From contig OY843751.1 in assembly GCA_963693055.1 (NCBI GenBank), positions 1,056,001 through 1,120,000 on the forward strand: a stretch of 64,000 nt of DNA, written 5' to 3'. The notes beneath the pieces were generated by a model. That model had not been told where the DNA came from and ran no database searches. It saw only the letters and a list, made by a program, of their open reading frames with translations. Shown here piece after piece: positions 17,007-27,046 of this stretch. The DNA comes from a bacterium. Lineage in GTDB: Bacteria; Zhuqueibacterota; Zhuqueibacteria; Residuimicrobiales; Krinioviventaceae. Every line of letters starts with the position of its first letter. Positions within the stretch are counted from its first letter, which is position 1. The position numbers and the translations under genes were made by a program.

Positions 17007-18344
17007 TTAAACGATCCCCAGTTCTTTTTGGATTTGTTCAAGCGATTTGCCTTTGGTCTCGGGCAGCCATTTCCAGACCATAAAGAATTGCAATATCATC
17101 ATCAAGCTGAAAAAGATAAAGGCACCACCACCGCCAATGCCCGGCAGGTTGGCAATGATCGGAAAGGTCCAGGATACCAGGGCAGCTCCTACCCAGTGGG
17201 TAAAACTTCCCAATGCCTGACCTTTAGCGCGCACCATATTGGGGAAAATTTCGGCCAGAAATACCCAGATAACCGCACCCTGTGAGAATGCGAAAAAGGC
17301 AATGTAACCAATCAAATAAACCAGGACCGCGTATCCGTTAAAGGATTCGAGAATGAATGCACGTCCTACCATGCCCATAAAGAAGGTAAGACCAACGGAT
17401 CCAATCAAAAGCAGGGTTTTGCGCCCAAATTTGTCTATTACAGTCATGGCAATAATTGTAAAAATTAAATTGGTTGCACCTACTGCAACGGTTTGAAGCA
17501 ATGCTGTGTCAGATGCCAGACCCGTCATTTCAAAAATGCGTGGCGCATAATACATGATCACGTTAATACCGGAAAGCTGGTTAAAAGCCGCAACCATAAT
17601 GGCTAACAGAATAGGTTTTTTAAATTTGGGTGAAAATAGTTTTTCCTTGGCACTAGAGAGTTCAATCTTTAATGATGCTTCAATTTCATTTAATTCCTGT
17701 TCTACATTATCTTCACCGATTTTGAGTAAAATCGCTTTTGCTTCTTCACGTCTACCTTGTTTCATGAGCCAGCGTGGGCTGAAAGGAATAAAAAATAATA
17801 GAATGAAAAACAATATAGCCGGCAGGGTTTCCACTCCCAGCATCCAACGCCAGGAATCGGTTTGTATTGTACCGGCAATAAGAAAATTTGAGAAATAGGC
17901 AACCAGAATACCAATAACAATATTAAATTGACTTACAGCTACCAGTCGTCCGCGTAACCGTGCAGGAGAGATTTCTGCAATATACATGGGCGCCATAACA
18001 GAAGAGCCACCAACAGCCAAACCACCAATAAAGCGAAAGAATAGCAGCGAAAACCAGTCCCATGCAAAAGCACATCCCATTGCTGAAACCGCATACAAGA
18101 CAGCAAGAATAACCAGTACCCGTTTACGACCGTAAGCATCACCCGGCTTGCCCACAAGAATTGAACCAATAATGGTACCAATCAAAGCAACGGCGACTGT
18201 AAAACCCAACCAAAATTCATTTAGATTGAACACAGTCTCCAGGGCGCTGGTAGTGCCTGAAATAACTGCAGTATCAAATCCGAATAAAAAACCCCCTAAT
18301 GCTGCAACAACAGTACATCCTATCACAAACATTTTGCTTTTCAT
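17007..18344 (-). CDS. Sugar porter family MFS transporter (XylE/AraE-like)
   Basis: GFLFGFDTAVISG, YIAEISPA.LRG, NQLSGIN, PETKG motifs. Confidence 0.95.
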   Translation of the reverse strand: MKSKMFVIGCTVVAALGGFLFGFDTAVISGTTSALETVFNLNEFWLGFTVAVALIGTIIGSILVGKPGDAYGRKRVLVILAVLYAVSAMGCAFAWDWFSLLFFRFIGGLAVGGSSVMAPMYIAEISPARLRGRLVAVSQFNIVIGILVAYFSNFLIAGTIQTDSWRWMLGVETLPAILFFILLFFIPFSPRWLMKQGRREEAKAILLKIGEDNVEQELNEIEASLKIELSSAKEKLFSPKFKKPILLAIMVAAFNQLSGINVIMYYAPRIFEMTGLASDTALLQTVAVGATNLIFTIIAMTVIDKFGRKTLLLIGSVGLTFFMGMVGRAFILESFNGYAVLVYLIGYIAFFAFSQGAVIWVFLAEIFPNMVRAKGQALGSFTHWVGAALVSWTFPIIANLPGIGGGGAFIFFSLMMILQFFMVWKWLPETKGKSLEQIQKELGIV

Positions 18345-18583
18345 TTTCTTCCTCTTTTTCCAATGTGATTGATATGTACTGAATTTAATAATATTTATTT
18401 ACTATGCAATATTTTATAATATTTAAGCTTTTTTATTTATAACAAATTATAGTATATTTCTTAATCTGTAGTCAGGATAAGCATGTGTCAAGATTACCGG
18501 GGCAACATATCTGGGAATGTAGATTTTGATAAAGGTATTTTTTTGATTAATAATTAAATGTAATCGTTATGCTGGAGATATAA

Positions 18584-20926
18584 ATGCGCAATATTTTGAT
18601 TGTGCTCCTGGTGTTGTTTTTGATAGCTCAAAGTATGGGCCAAACCGCAGGAACGGTCAGCGGATTTGTTTATGATGATGATACTGGAGAGGCTTTAATT
18701 GGGGCCAATGTATTTATTAAAGATTCTCGTATTGGATCAACTACCAATACCATGGGATTTTTTTCAGTCCCTAAAATACCGGTAGGGCAATATCAACTTG
18801 TATGCCAGTATATGGGGTACACGGCAGAGCAGCAAAAATTAGTTATAAAACCCAATGGTAAAGCGGAATTGATTTTCAGGCTTGCTCCAACTACTATTTA
18901 TACTGAAACAGTTTCTGTGGTGGCAGATTCGGTAAGAGCCAGTGTGAAATTATATCGCCAGCCAATTTCCAAAATTACCATGTCGCCCCGTGAAATTCAA
19001 CATATCCCTCAGGTGGTTGAAACAGATTTGTTACGGTCATTGCAAACCATGCCGGGAATTGCATCGGTTTCGGATTTTTCATCAGAACTTTATGTGCGCG
19101 GCGGAACACCGGACCAGAATTTATATTTAATCGATGGCACAGATGTTTACAATCCTGAGCATTTGTTTGGTTTGTTTTCTACCTTCAATACCGATGCAAT
19201 TAAAAACGTTGAACTATCAAAAGGAGGTTTTGGTGCCGAGTATGGTGGACGTTTGTCATCTGTGTTGGATGTTACCAACCTTGACGGAAACCGCCGTGAA
19301 TATACAGGAAAAACCAGCATTAGTATCCTGTCTGCTAAAACAACAATGCAGGTCCCGCTGGGCAAATATGGCGCGTTATCTGGCTCTATCCGCAGAACGT
19401 ATTTCGATAAAACCATTGCCAAACTGGATGCGTTTAAAGATGAGAATATTCCAGATTACTATTTTTACGATGGTCATCTCAAGGCGTATCTGGATCTGGG
19501 TACTCATGACAAACTGACGCTGAGTACTTATAAAGGTCAGGATAATATGGATTTTGTGTTTGATAAAGATAATCCCAACTCTCAATCCATGATGTATAAA
19601 TGGGGAAATACAACTGCAAGCGTAAGGTGGACCCATATTTTTTCATCTCAATTGTTTGGGAATTTCTGGTTCACCAGTAGCAGCTTTGACTCGGGTTTTG
19701 AGTTGGGTGATGATATGAATGAAACCAATACCATTGATGACCGAACATTAAAAGGGGACCTGGAGTATTTTTATTCCGGTAGATTGAGCTTTAAATTGGG
19801 TTATGAATATAAAGATCTATCCGGTAAATTTGTCTCAAAATTCCCCGGTAACGAAGTTGACATTCAACAAGAACCAATCCATTTTGCAGCCTATTGGCAG
19901 GCTGAATGGAAGCCAACTCCGCTCATGGAAGTTCAGCTCGGGTACCGTTATAATTCTTCATATAATAAAGTCACCAGACATGATCATGATCCCCGGGTTA
20001 GTTTCAAGTATCGTTTAAGTGAAACGTTAAATCTGAAAGCCGCTGCCGGGCGGTATCATCAATACCTGTTTCGCGTTCCACGGGTGTTTATAGCGGATAT
20101 ATGGTCGGTATCTGACGAGTATTATGATGATGCCAAATCGAACCATTATATATTGGGACTGCAAAAAGAGGTGGCTGGAAATTACGAGTTTGAAGTTGAA
20201 AGTTATTACAAAGATTACGTAAATCTCTATATCTTTGATCCTTTTTTCTGGGTGGAAACGCAGCATGATCAGTATAATTATAAAGGTGAGCCCTTGTACA
20301 CAAATACCAAAGATATGTATGATGTGGGTACCGGTCGTGCTTTTGGTTTGGAAATGATTTTGCGCAAAAATAGTGGACCGGTAACCGGGTGGATCGCATA
20401 TACTTTGGGTCGGGTTGAAAACACAGTTACGGATTTGAATGGTGGTAATGAATATGTGCCACGTCATGACCGTACACATACATTAAATATGGTCAGCACA
20501 ATGGATGTTAAGAATGCCATTCTGGCGTTTAGGGGATTACCGGTAAAAGATGGTAAGGCAAAGTGGCGTTTGGGCTTTGGATTCGTTTATGCAACCGGTC
20601 AACCTATAACAACAACCAGTTCGGTGTATGTTACCAATCAGCTCCCCGACCAGAATGTGTATTTGGGATACAATTTATATCCTACCAGTCGTAATAATTT
20701 CAGGTTACCGCCATATATACGTTTGGATCTGAGTTTGACCTATTCGCGCAAATTCAAGCATATTACCTTTGAGCCGTATCTGCAGGTTTTTAATGCTTTG
20801 AACCGGAGGAATGTCTGGTTTATTCGATATGAAGACGAGATTAACAATGGCATGATCATGCAGAATGTTGATACACAGGGTATGTTACCTGTATTGCCAT
20901 CAATTGGTTTTAATCTGCTATTCTGA
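18584..20926 (+). CDS. TonB-dependent receptor with N-terminal carboxypeptidase-like domain
   Basis: TGEALIGANV, YVRGG.PDQN, HLFGLFS.FN, YGGRLSSV plug motifs; C-terminal Phe. Confidence 0.92.
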   Translation: MRNILIVLLVLFLIAQSMGQTAGTVSGFVYDDDTGEALIGANVFIKDSRIGSTTNTMGFFSVPKIPVGQYQLVCQYMGYTAEQQKLVIKPNGKAELIFRLAPTTIYTETVSVVADSVRASVKLYRQPISKITMSPREIQHIPQVVETDLLRSLQTMPGIASVSDFSSELYVRGGTPDQNLYLIDGTDVYNPEHLFGLFSTFNTDAIKNVELSKGGFGAEYGGRLSSVLDVTNLDGNRREYTGKTSISILSAKTTMQVPLGKYGALSGSIRRTYFDKTIAKLDAFKDENIPDYYFYDGHLKAYLDLGTHDKLTLSTYKGQDNMDFVFDKDNPNSQSMMYKWGNTTASVRWTHIFSSQLFGNFWFTSSSFDSGFELGDDMNETNTIDDRTLKGDLEYFYSGRLSFKLGYEYKDLSGKFVSKFPGNEVDIQQEPIHFAAYWQAEWKPTPLMEVQLGYRYNSSYNKVTRHDHDPRVSFKYRLSETLNLKAAAGRYHQYLFRVPRVFIADIWSVSDEYYDDAKSNHYILGLQKEVAGNYEFEVESYYKDYVNLYIFDPFFWVETQHDQYNYKGEPLYTNTKDMYDVGTGRAFGLEMILRKNSGPVTGWIAYTLGRVENTVTDLNGGNEYVPRHDRTHTLNMVSTMDVKNAILAFRGLPVKDGKAKWRLGFGFVYATGQPITTTSSVYVTNQLPDQNVYLGYNLYPTSRNNFRLPPYIRLDLSLTYSRKFKHITFEPYLQVFNALNRRNVWFIRYEDEINNGMIMQNVDTQGMLPVLPSIGFNLLF

Positions 20927-20942
20927 TTTTGAGGAGATCATT

Positions 20943-21860
20943 GTGAAATATATTATTTTAAATATTCTTTTGTTATTTATACTATTGTCCGCTTGCGGCA
21001 AAGTTTCTGTGGATGTAGATGAATCCACATATGAACCCAAAATTGTGGTTGAGGGATATATCTATCCCGGACAGGTGCCTGCAAAGATTATTCTAACCCG
21101 GAATCATCCCCTGAATACGGAAATTGATTTGGGGGAATTTTACATTACGGATGCTGATGTGTCCATTACGGATATGAAAAGTGACGAAACTTTTTATTTG
21201 GAATATGACGCGTTTTCTTTTTCGTACAAATACAAGGGTAACGATTTTGTGATTGACTATGATCATTCTTATAGAATCAATTTAAAAGCAACAATTGATG
21301 GTAAAGAATTGACAGCATCTTGTGTTACAATCACACCTGCGGATGGTTTTAATATAATTTCTGACGAGTCCTTGCTGGGTACACAAAAATATACAACAGC
21401 CGTAGAGAAGGGTACAAAATTCAAATTAAAATTCAAACGTTCGCCCACCATTGATTCTTATATAACTTCAATTGTTGCGCTTGATGCATCGTTTAATAGT
21501 TTTATTGAAGATAATATTATGGGCTTGTCACGTTCGGATTTTGCAGATACAACAGATTCAGACGAGTTGAGATACTATAACTATATCAAAAATCAGTCTC
21601 AATGGACACAAACGCGTTTGGGTGAAGGAGATGATTTATCTGCAATGGATATTGAATGGTACTCTACCTGGTTTTATGGCACTTATCGGGTAATTATGTA
21701 TTGCGCAGATAAGAATATGACAGATTATTATCTTACGCACAGCCAGATCCAGGAAGTGGATGGTAATCTATTGGAGCCCAAGTTCCATTTTGAGGGAGAT
21801 GCCATTGGGGTGTTTGGTTCTGCAGTGACGGATACGGTGTATTTTGTGATTATAGATTAG
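20943..21860 (+). CDS. DUF4249 family lipoprotein
   Basis: GTG after GAGGAG; lipobox LSAC; EPKIVVEGYI and GVFG motifs; follows the TBDR. Confidence 0.8.
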   Translation: MKYIILNILLLFILLSACGKVSVDVDESTYEPKIVVEGYIYPGQVPAKIILTRNHPLNTEIDLGEFYITDADVSITDMKSDETFYLEYDAFSFSYKYKGNDFVIDYDHSYRINLKATIDGKELTASCVTITPADGFNIISDESLLGTQKYTTAVEKGTKFKLKFKRSPTIDSYITSIVALDASFNSFIEDNIMGLSRSDFADTTDSDELRYYNYIKNQSQWTQTRLGEGDDLSAMDIEWYSTWFYGTYRVIMYCADKNMTDYYLTHSQIQEVDGNLLEPKFHFEGDAIGVFGSAVTDTVYFVIID

Positions 21861-21862
21861 GT

Positions 21863-21894
21863 ATTATGCCGGAGGAATTTTCCTCCGGCATAAT
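21863..21894. terminator. Bidirectional terminator
   Basis: ATTATGCCGGAGGA/TCCTCCGGCATAAT perfect stem between convergent genes. Confidence 0.85.
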
Positions 21895-21901
21895 TTGTGA
21901 T

Positions 21902-23854
21902 TTACGGGGTTATCTTGATCACACAGCCACCGCCGGGTGCGAGATGGATATTGAGCTTGTCGTTGGCTGTTACCTGTTTTTTATCTACGATATAATCTTC
22001 GGCAAATCGGTCTGCGTTAATACCGTCTTTGTATATTGTTGCCATAAAACTGCCGGATGTGAGAAATGACAGGTCAACGGTTATGTCACGGGGTGTCCAG
22101 TCTGTCATGGCACCCACATACCAGGTATTACTGCAGCGGCGGGCAACAATTATATAGTCTTCTATTCTAGCGTCTAGTACTTTGGTTTCATCCCATTCAA
22201 CCGGTACGTTTGCAATCAAATCCATTATGTTTGCGGGTTCACTTTCGTAATTTGATGGAGAATCACACAGCATTTGCAACGGACTTTCATAAACTACATA
22301 CATGGCCAGTTGATGTGCACGTGTTCCCTGTGACATTGGACGTTCAAATACCGGGTTAAAATTGTTCTTGTTTGCATTGCGCATGGCCCCTGGGGTAAAA
22401 TCAATGGGACCTGCCAGCATTCGGGTAAAGGGAATCAATACTTGCTTGTCCGGTGTTTCATCCTTTGACCACTTGTTATATTCGTTTCCACGAACACCTT
22501 CACGTGTCATCAAATTGGGATATTCTCTTCTCAAACCGGTAGGTTTGTATGCTCCGTGAAAATCTACCAGAAGATGATGTTCGGCAGCTTTTTTTACAAT
22601 CTTTTTATACCAGTTTACTATTTTTTGATCGTCACGGTCCATAAAATCAATTTTAACACCTGCAATACCCCAATCTTCAAACTGGGCAAAGGCGTCATCT
22701 AATTGATTTTCAACAGTCACCCATACGCACCATAACAATATTTTTACGTCTTTTTCTTTGGCATAATCTATTAATACCGGCATATTTACTTTGGGATTGG
22801 TATGTAATAGGTCTTCGGTACCAGACCAGCCTTCATCGAAAAGAACATATTCTAAACCATATTGGGCTGCAAAATCTATATAGGCTTTATATGTATCTGT
22901 ATTCAAACCGGATTGAAAATCGACATTGTAGAGGTTTGAGGCGTTCCACCATTCCCAAACGACTTTGCCGGATTGGATCCAGGATGTGTCTTTGATCTGA
23001 TTGGTTTTAGCAAGACGATAGACCATATCGCTTTCGATAAATGTGCCATCGTTTTCGGAAATTACCATAACACGCCAGGGGAAAAAGCGACTACCCTTTG
23101 TTTCGGCAATGTAATCTGCAGACTCTGATACGATGATCTTGCGGTCACGTACTTGTTTTTCTTTTAACGCAACCTTGGGAAAAGTACTTACCAGAGTAGC
23201 TGAATGATCGTTGGTGCCTTTGAGATAAAGTCCTGCGTAATCATCAAGATCCGCTTCAGTAATAACAAGTTTAACACCATTTCCTTTTTTTACTAATATG
23301 GGTAGGTAACTCATCTGTGAATCAATTACAGAGTTTACTGCAACAAAATGATGCAATTCTTCATACGAGGTATGAAAACTCTCTACAAAACTGTAGAAAC
23401 AAGAGTCTGCTTCATCAAGACGATATTCTACATGTTCATTTTTGACTTTAATTTTGCCGGGAATGGATGAGAAAAAGCGGTATGCCGCTCCATCATTATA
23501 TGCTCTAAATTCAAGACCAAAGCTGCTATTAAAAGTAAGAGTTAATTTGTTATAATGATCTGTAATTGTTGAGCGTTTTATTTTCACTATAGGTTTGATT
23601 GTGTTATTGATGCTGTTTTTGCGCGAGTTTCTAATAGTTGGATTTTCTCCCAGTATGGTACCGTCTGTCAAGGTCATGTCTATACGTGAGGGAGAGATTA
23701 CGGTTTTGTTGTTTAATGTAACATCATATTTTATATCTTTTTTAACATTAACCGTGATTTCCAGATTCTCGTCAGGAGACTGGATTTTGAACTCCTGTGC
23801 AAATCCATTAAAACAGAATAATATGACTAGTATCCCAATTAACCTTGTTTTCAT
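21902..23854 (-). CDS. GH97 glycoside hydrolase, probably the retaining subgroup
   Basis: FRAYNDGAAYRF, GVKIDF (Asp nucleophile type), REGVRGNE, PFTRMLAGP.DFTPG. Confidence 0.92.
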   Translation of the reverse strand: MKTRLIGILVILFCFNGFAQEFKIQSPDENLEITVNVKKDIKYDVTLNNKTVISPSRIDMTLTDGTILGENPTIRNSRKNSINNTIKPIVKIKRSTITDHYNKLTLTFNSSFGLEFRAYNDGAAYRFFSSIPGKIKVKNEHVEYRLDEADSCFYSFVESFHTSYEELHHFVAVNSVIDSQMSYLPILVKKGNGVKLVITEADLDDYAGLYLKGTNDHSATLVSTFPKVALKEKQVRDRKIIVSESADYIAETKGSRFFPWRVMVISENDGTFIESDMVYRLAKTNQIKDTSWIQSGKVVWEWWNASNLYNVDFQSGLNTDTYKAYIDFAAQYGLEYVLFDEGWSGTEDLLHTNPKVNMPVLIDYAKEKDVKILLWCVWVTVENQLDDAFAQFEDWGIAGVKIDFMDRDDQKIVNWYKKIVKKAAEHHLLVDFHGAYKPTGLRREYPNLMTREGVRGNEYNKWSKDETPDKQVLIPFTRMLAGPIDFTPGAMRNANKNNFNPVFERPMSQGTRAHQLAMYVVYESPLQMLCDSPSNYESEPANIMDLIANVPVEWDETKVLDARIEDYIIVARRCSNTWYVGAMTDWTPRDITVDLSFLTSGSFMATIYKDGINADRFAEDYIVDKKQVTANDKLNIHLAPGGGCVIKITP

Positions 23855-23931
23855 CGGTTCCTCCAAATTTATTAAAAAAAGATAGAAAGATTCGTTGAAA
23901 AAAGCAAGGATAGTGTTTTTGTATGTATAAC

Positions 23932-23963
23932 AAAAAGCCCGGTATATTTGATTACCGGGCTTT
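23932..23963 (-). terminator. Intrinsic terminator
   Basis: AAAGCCCGGTA/TACCGGGCTTT stem with T-run. Confidence 0.75.
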
Positions 23964-23989
23964 GATTTAATTAAATTGATTTTAATTGA

Positions 23990-24394
23990 TCAAAGATCTA
24001 TTGGAATAGAATCCAGGAAGGCTATATCATATTTGCCATTTGCGCCTTGCCATAATAACCAGTATGTTACTTGAATACTTTTAGCTTCTTTATGCTTTTC
24101 CAATAACTCTGAATATGACAATATTAAGCATTCACCGCTTTGAATGCCTTTTCCGCAAGTTTCCGGGGTAGAACAGGGTGTAAATTCTATCATTTGTAGG
24201 TAAGTTGTAAAATGTATAGCATAATACATGGTATAACTGGTTTGGTTGTTCAATGTCAGCGTATGGTTAATAGAATCCGCGGATATTGTAAAATCCTGTG
24301 ATGTCATATTATTTGGATCCAATGGCTGCTTTTCTGTTGTGCAGGAAAACAATACTACAGCCATTGTAATGATTGATACAAGATAATATTTCAT
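23990..24394 (-). CDS. Hypothetical lipoprotein
   Basis: SD AGGAGG; lipobox LFSC. Confidence 0.75.
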   Translation of the reverse strand: MKYYLVSIITMAVVLFSCTTEKQPLDPNNMTSQDFTISADSINHTLTLNNQTSYTMYYAIHFTTYLQMIEFTPCSTPETCGKGIQSGECLILSYSELLEKHKEAKSIQVTYWLLWQGANGKYDIAFLDSIPIDL

Positions 24395-24465
24395 AACATC
24401 CTCCTATGGAGAATGGATTAAACTGCATTGGATGATGCCATTAATATTATAGAACAAAATTAAAA

Positions 24466-26001
24466 CTATTGATGTTCCTTGTTTGTTGAAATTCGTTTGA
24501 TAACCAGTTTGTCATATGCAAGAATCAGTAATGCAGATACTAGAGCCAGTACAGTGAATATGATCCACATGATGTCAGGGCGCTGCATGTCTCTTGCGAA
24601 TTTTGCGTACAACTGTCCTGAAAGGATTCCACCAAAAAGATTTCCTAGTGCAACACACCAATAAAAGTAACCCATATAGAGCGCAACTTTATTAGGTGGG
24701 GCAATGGACCCGGTATACTCTTTAGATTTGGGACTGGCCATCATTTCGCCAAATGAAAAGATGAAAATACCCCAAACAACCACCCATCCCATATGGCTAA
24801 ACGTAAGCACTGAAAAGCTTGCAACCGTTATGAGCACACCCCAGAATATTGTGGTAAAGGGCTTGAGACGGGTAACCAGGTATGAAATCAGCAATTGAAA
24901 AAAGATGATGGCACCAGCATTGATGTTGATAATATATTCAGGATTCATTTGTCCGCTTACTGCCATGGAATTGCGGAATGACTCTATAGCGCCTCCCAGA
25001 CCTACAATCGTCATGAATGCTGTGGATGTGTTCATCAAATCTGTTGTATCTACAAAATCCCGAATATAAAGCGGAAGCGTGTAAAAGATCTGATTAAAAG
25101 ACGTCCAGAAACCAGACATGAGCAACAGAAACAGACCAAACCGCCAGTCACCCAGTTTCATGGGACTGGTCAGCCAATTTTTATTTTGGCTGGAAGCGTT
25201 TTTGAGAATTATATCATATATGATATTGACTCCTGTCCACACAGCCAGTATGATTATGATGTCATACCAGGAAATAAATCCACTGGCAGTATATTTTGAT
25301 CCCAGAACCAGAACGAATAATAATACAAACACAAACAGGAAGAATCTTCCATTACCTAAAACTTTAACCATGTCTGTTAGTACTTTTTTCAGGTTGCGTT
25401 TCTCGGCAGAAGTGCTTTCAGTTGTGGGCTCTTTGTATAACAATAATACCAGCAGAATATTAAAGGCAATCCATCCCGCGGACGCGACAAAAACCCATTT
25501 CCAGGCAATGCCTCTAACAATTCCGGCAACAATGGGGCCTACAAAGCCACCGATATTCACCATCATGTAAAATATTCCAAAGCCCATAGACGCGGTTTTG
25601 GGATTGGTAGTTTTTGATACGGTACCAATGATAACCGGTTTGAACATGGCTGCACCCAGGGCTACAGTCATATAGACCAGAAAAAAGGCAGGGAAGGATT
25701 TTGCCTGTCCCAGAAAAAAGTAGGCAGGAGTAAGTACGAGAAATGCAGAAAACAGCATTTTTTTAAATCCGTATCGGTCGGCAAGCGCACCGGTAACAAC
25801 GGGAAAAAGATAGAGGAAAAAAGTAACAACGCCCTGTAAAACACCACGGTCTTCGTCTGTAAATCCCAAGCCACCTTCACTTACCGCTCCGGTAATATAT
25901 AAAGAAGATACTGCAAAAAATCCATACCATGCCATGCGTTCAAATATTTCCATTACATTGGCGATCCAAAATGTTTGTGGGAAATCTTTAAGTTTAGCCA
26001 T
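24466..26001 (-). CDS. POT/PTR2-like MFS peptide transporter
   Basis: ExxER motif (EIFERMAWYG), ADRYG, FYMMVNIG, GEMMASP. Confidence 0.88.
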   Translation of the reverse strand: MAKLKDFPQTFWIANVMEIFERMAWYGFFAVSSLYITGAVSEGGLGFTDEDRGVLQGVVTFFLYLFPVVTGALADRYGFKKMLFSAFLVLTPAYFFLGQAKSFPAFFLVYMTVALGAAMFKPVIIGTVSKTTNPKTASMGFGIFYMMVNIGGFVGPIVAGIVRGIAWKWVFVASAGWIAFNILLVLLLYKEPTTESTSAEKRNLKKVLTDMVKVLGNGRFFLFVFVLLFVLVLGSKYTASGFISWYDIIIILAVWTGVNIIYDIILKNASSQNKNWLTSPMKLGDWRFGLFLLLMSGFWTSFNQIFYTLPLYIRDFVDTTDLMNTSTAFMTIVGLGGAIESFRNSMAVSGQMNPEYIININAGAIIFFQLLISYLVTRLKPFTTIFWGVLITVASFSVLTFSHMGWVVVWGIFIFSFGEMMASPKSKEYTGSIAPPNKVALYMGYFYWCVALGNLFGGILSGQLYAKFARDMQRPDIMWIIFTVLALVSALLILAYDKLVIKRISTNKEHQ

Positions 26002-26141
26002 TTCTTTTCCTGCTTAATTGTGGTCAGTATTTTTCAAGGCCTAGTATACTAAATACCTGTTTGAATATCAAGTCAAATAAAGGATTGAATAAAAAGTTGC
26101 GAAATGTGTATATTCATATAGAAAAATTATAGAGGGAATTT

Positions 26142-26890
26142 ATGTTGAAAAGATTGGGCCTTTTGTTAGTATTATTGGGTACTTTTGCTGCATGTACCAG
26201 AAAAAAAAGAATGCTGAAACCTGGGCCGAGCTGCCTCAGCAGCAGTGGCCTGCTATTGCTTTGACAAGTGATTTTGTGATTGATGGAAAACAATATGTAG
26301 CTAAAGGCAGTGGGTTTTTGATAGATACCGGCAAAGATACACTGGCCGTGACCTGCAAACACTGGTTTTTGTTTTTTCAGGGTGCACATGGCTTACGCAA
26401 TATTGATTTTGATGGCAAATTGGAATCCTGGGAAATGTATCCTAAAAATCAGCCAGAAAAACGGATTGTTTTAGGAGAACCTATCAATACGGACCCGAAT
26501 GAAAAGGTATTAAGTAATGAGATTATGAATTACGACTGGTTATTGTTTAAAATTAAAGAAAAAAATCCGGATATTTATCCATTGAAAATTCGTTTTGGCA
26601 AGGTTGACAAGGGAGAAGATTTGTATTCAATTGGTTGGACAAATGATCAGGATCCCATACTTCAACCTGTGAGACATTGGATTATGTACAAAACTTTTGG
26701 TTTTCGGCACTTGATTGATATTCAGGGCAGTAAAGAGTTGGCGGGGCTCAGTGGTGCACCGGTAATTGATGGAAACGGGTATGTAATTGGGATAAACGGA
26801 GGAGGTTCCGGTGAAAAAGCCTGGATATGTACAACAGAGTATTTAAAGACTGTATTGGAAAAATATGGTTATTTATCAGTTGACATGTAA
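26142..26890 (+). CDS. Trypsin-like serine protease lipoprotein; signal peptide out of frame at an A8 tract
   Basis: Triad-like TCKH, YDW and GLSGAP in 26192-26890. Upstream ATG 26142 (SD GAGGGA) encodes MLKRLGLLLVLLGTFAAC and joins with one more A at 26201-26208. Confidence 0.8.
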
Positions 26891-26908
26891 CATTATTTTT
26901 TATATAAT
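26880..26908 (+). promoter_or_regulatory. Consensus sigma70 promoter for the aminopeptidase gene
   Basis: TTGACA-N17-TATAAT exact match. Confidence 0.85.
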
Positions 26909-27046
26909 GAATAACTCCCCCCGGCGCAGAGAATGAAATTCCTTGTTTAAAAATGTTTTATTTGGCTGCAATGATTTTGTGTCTGATTTTTGTTATTGTA
27001 GTTACAAGTGAAACTGTTTAGTTTAAGTTGTGTTTAATTTAAATAG

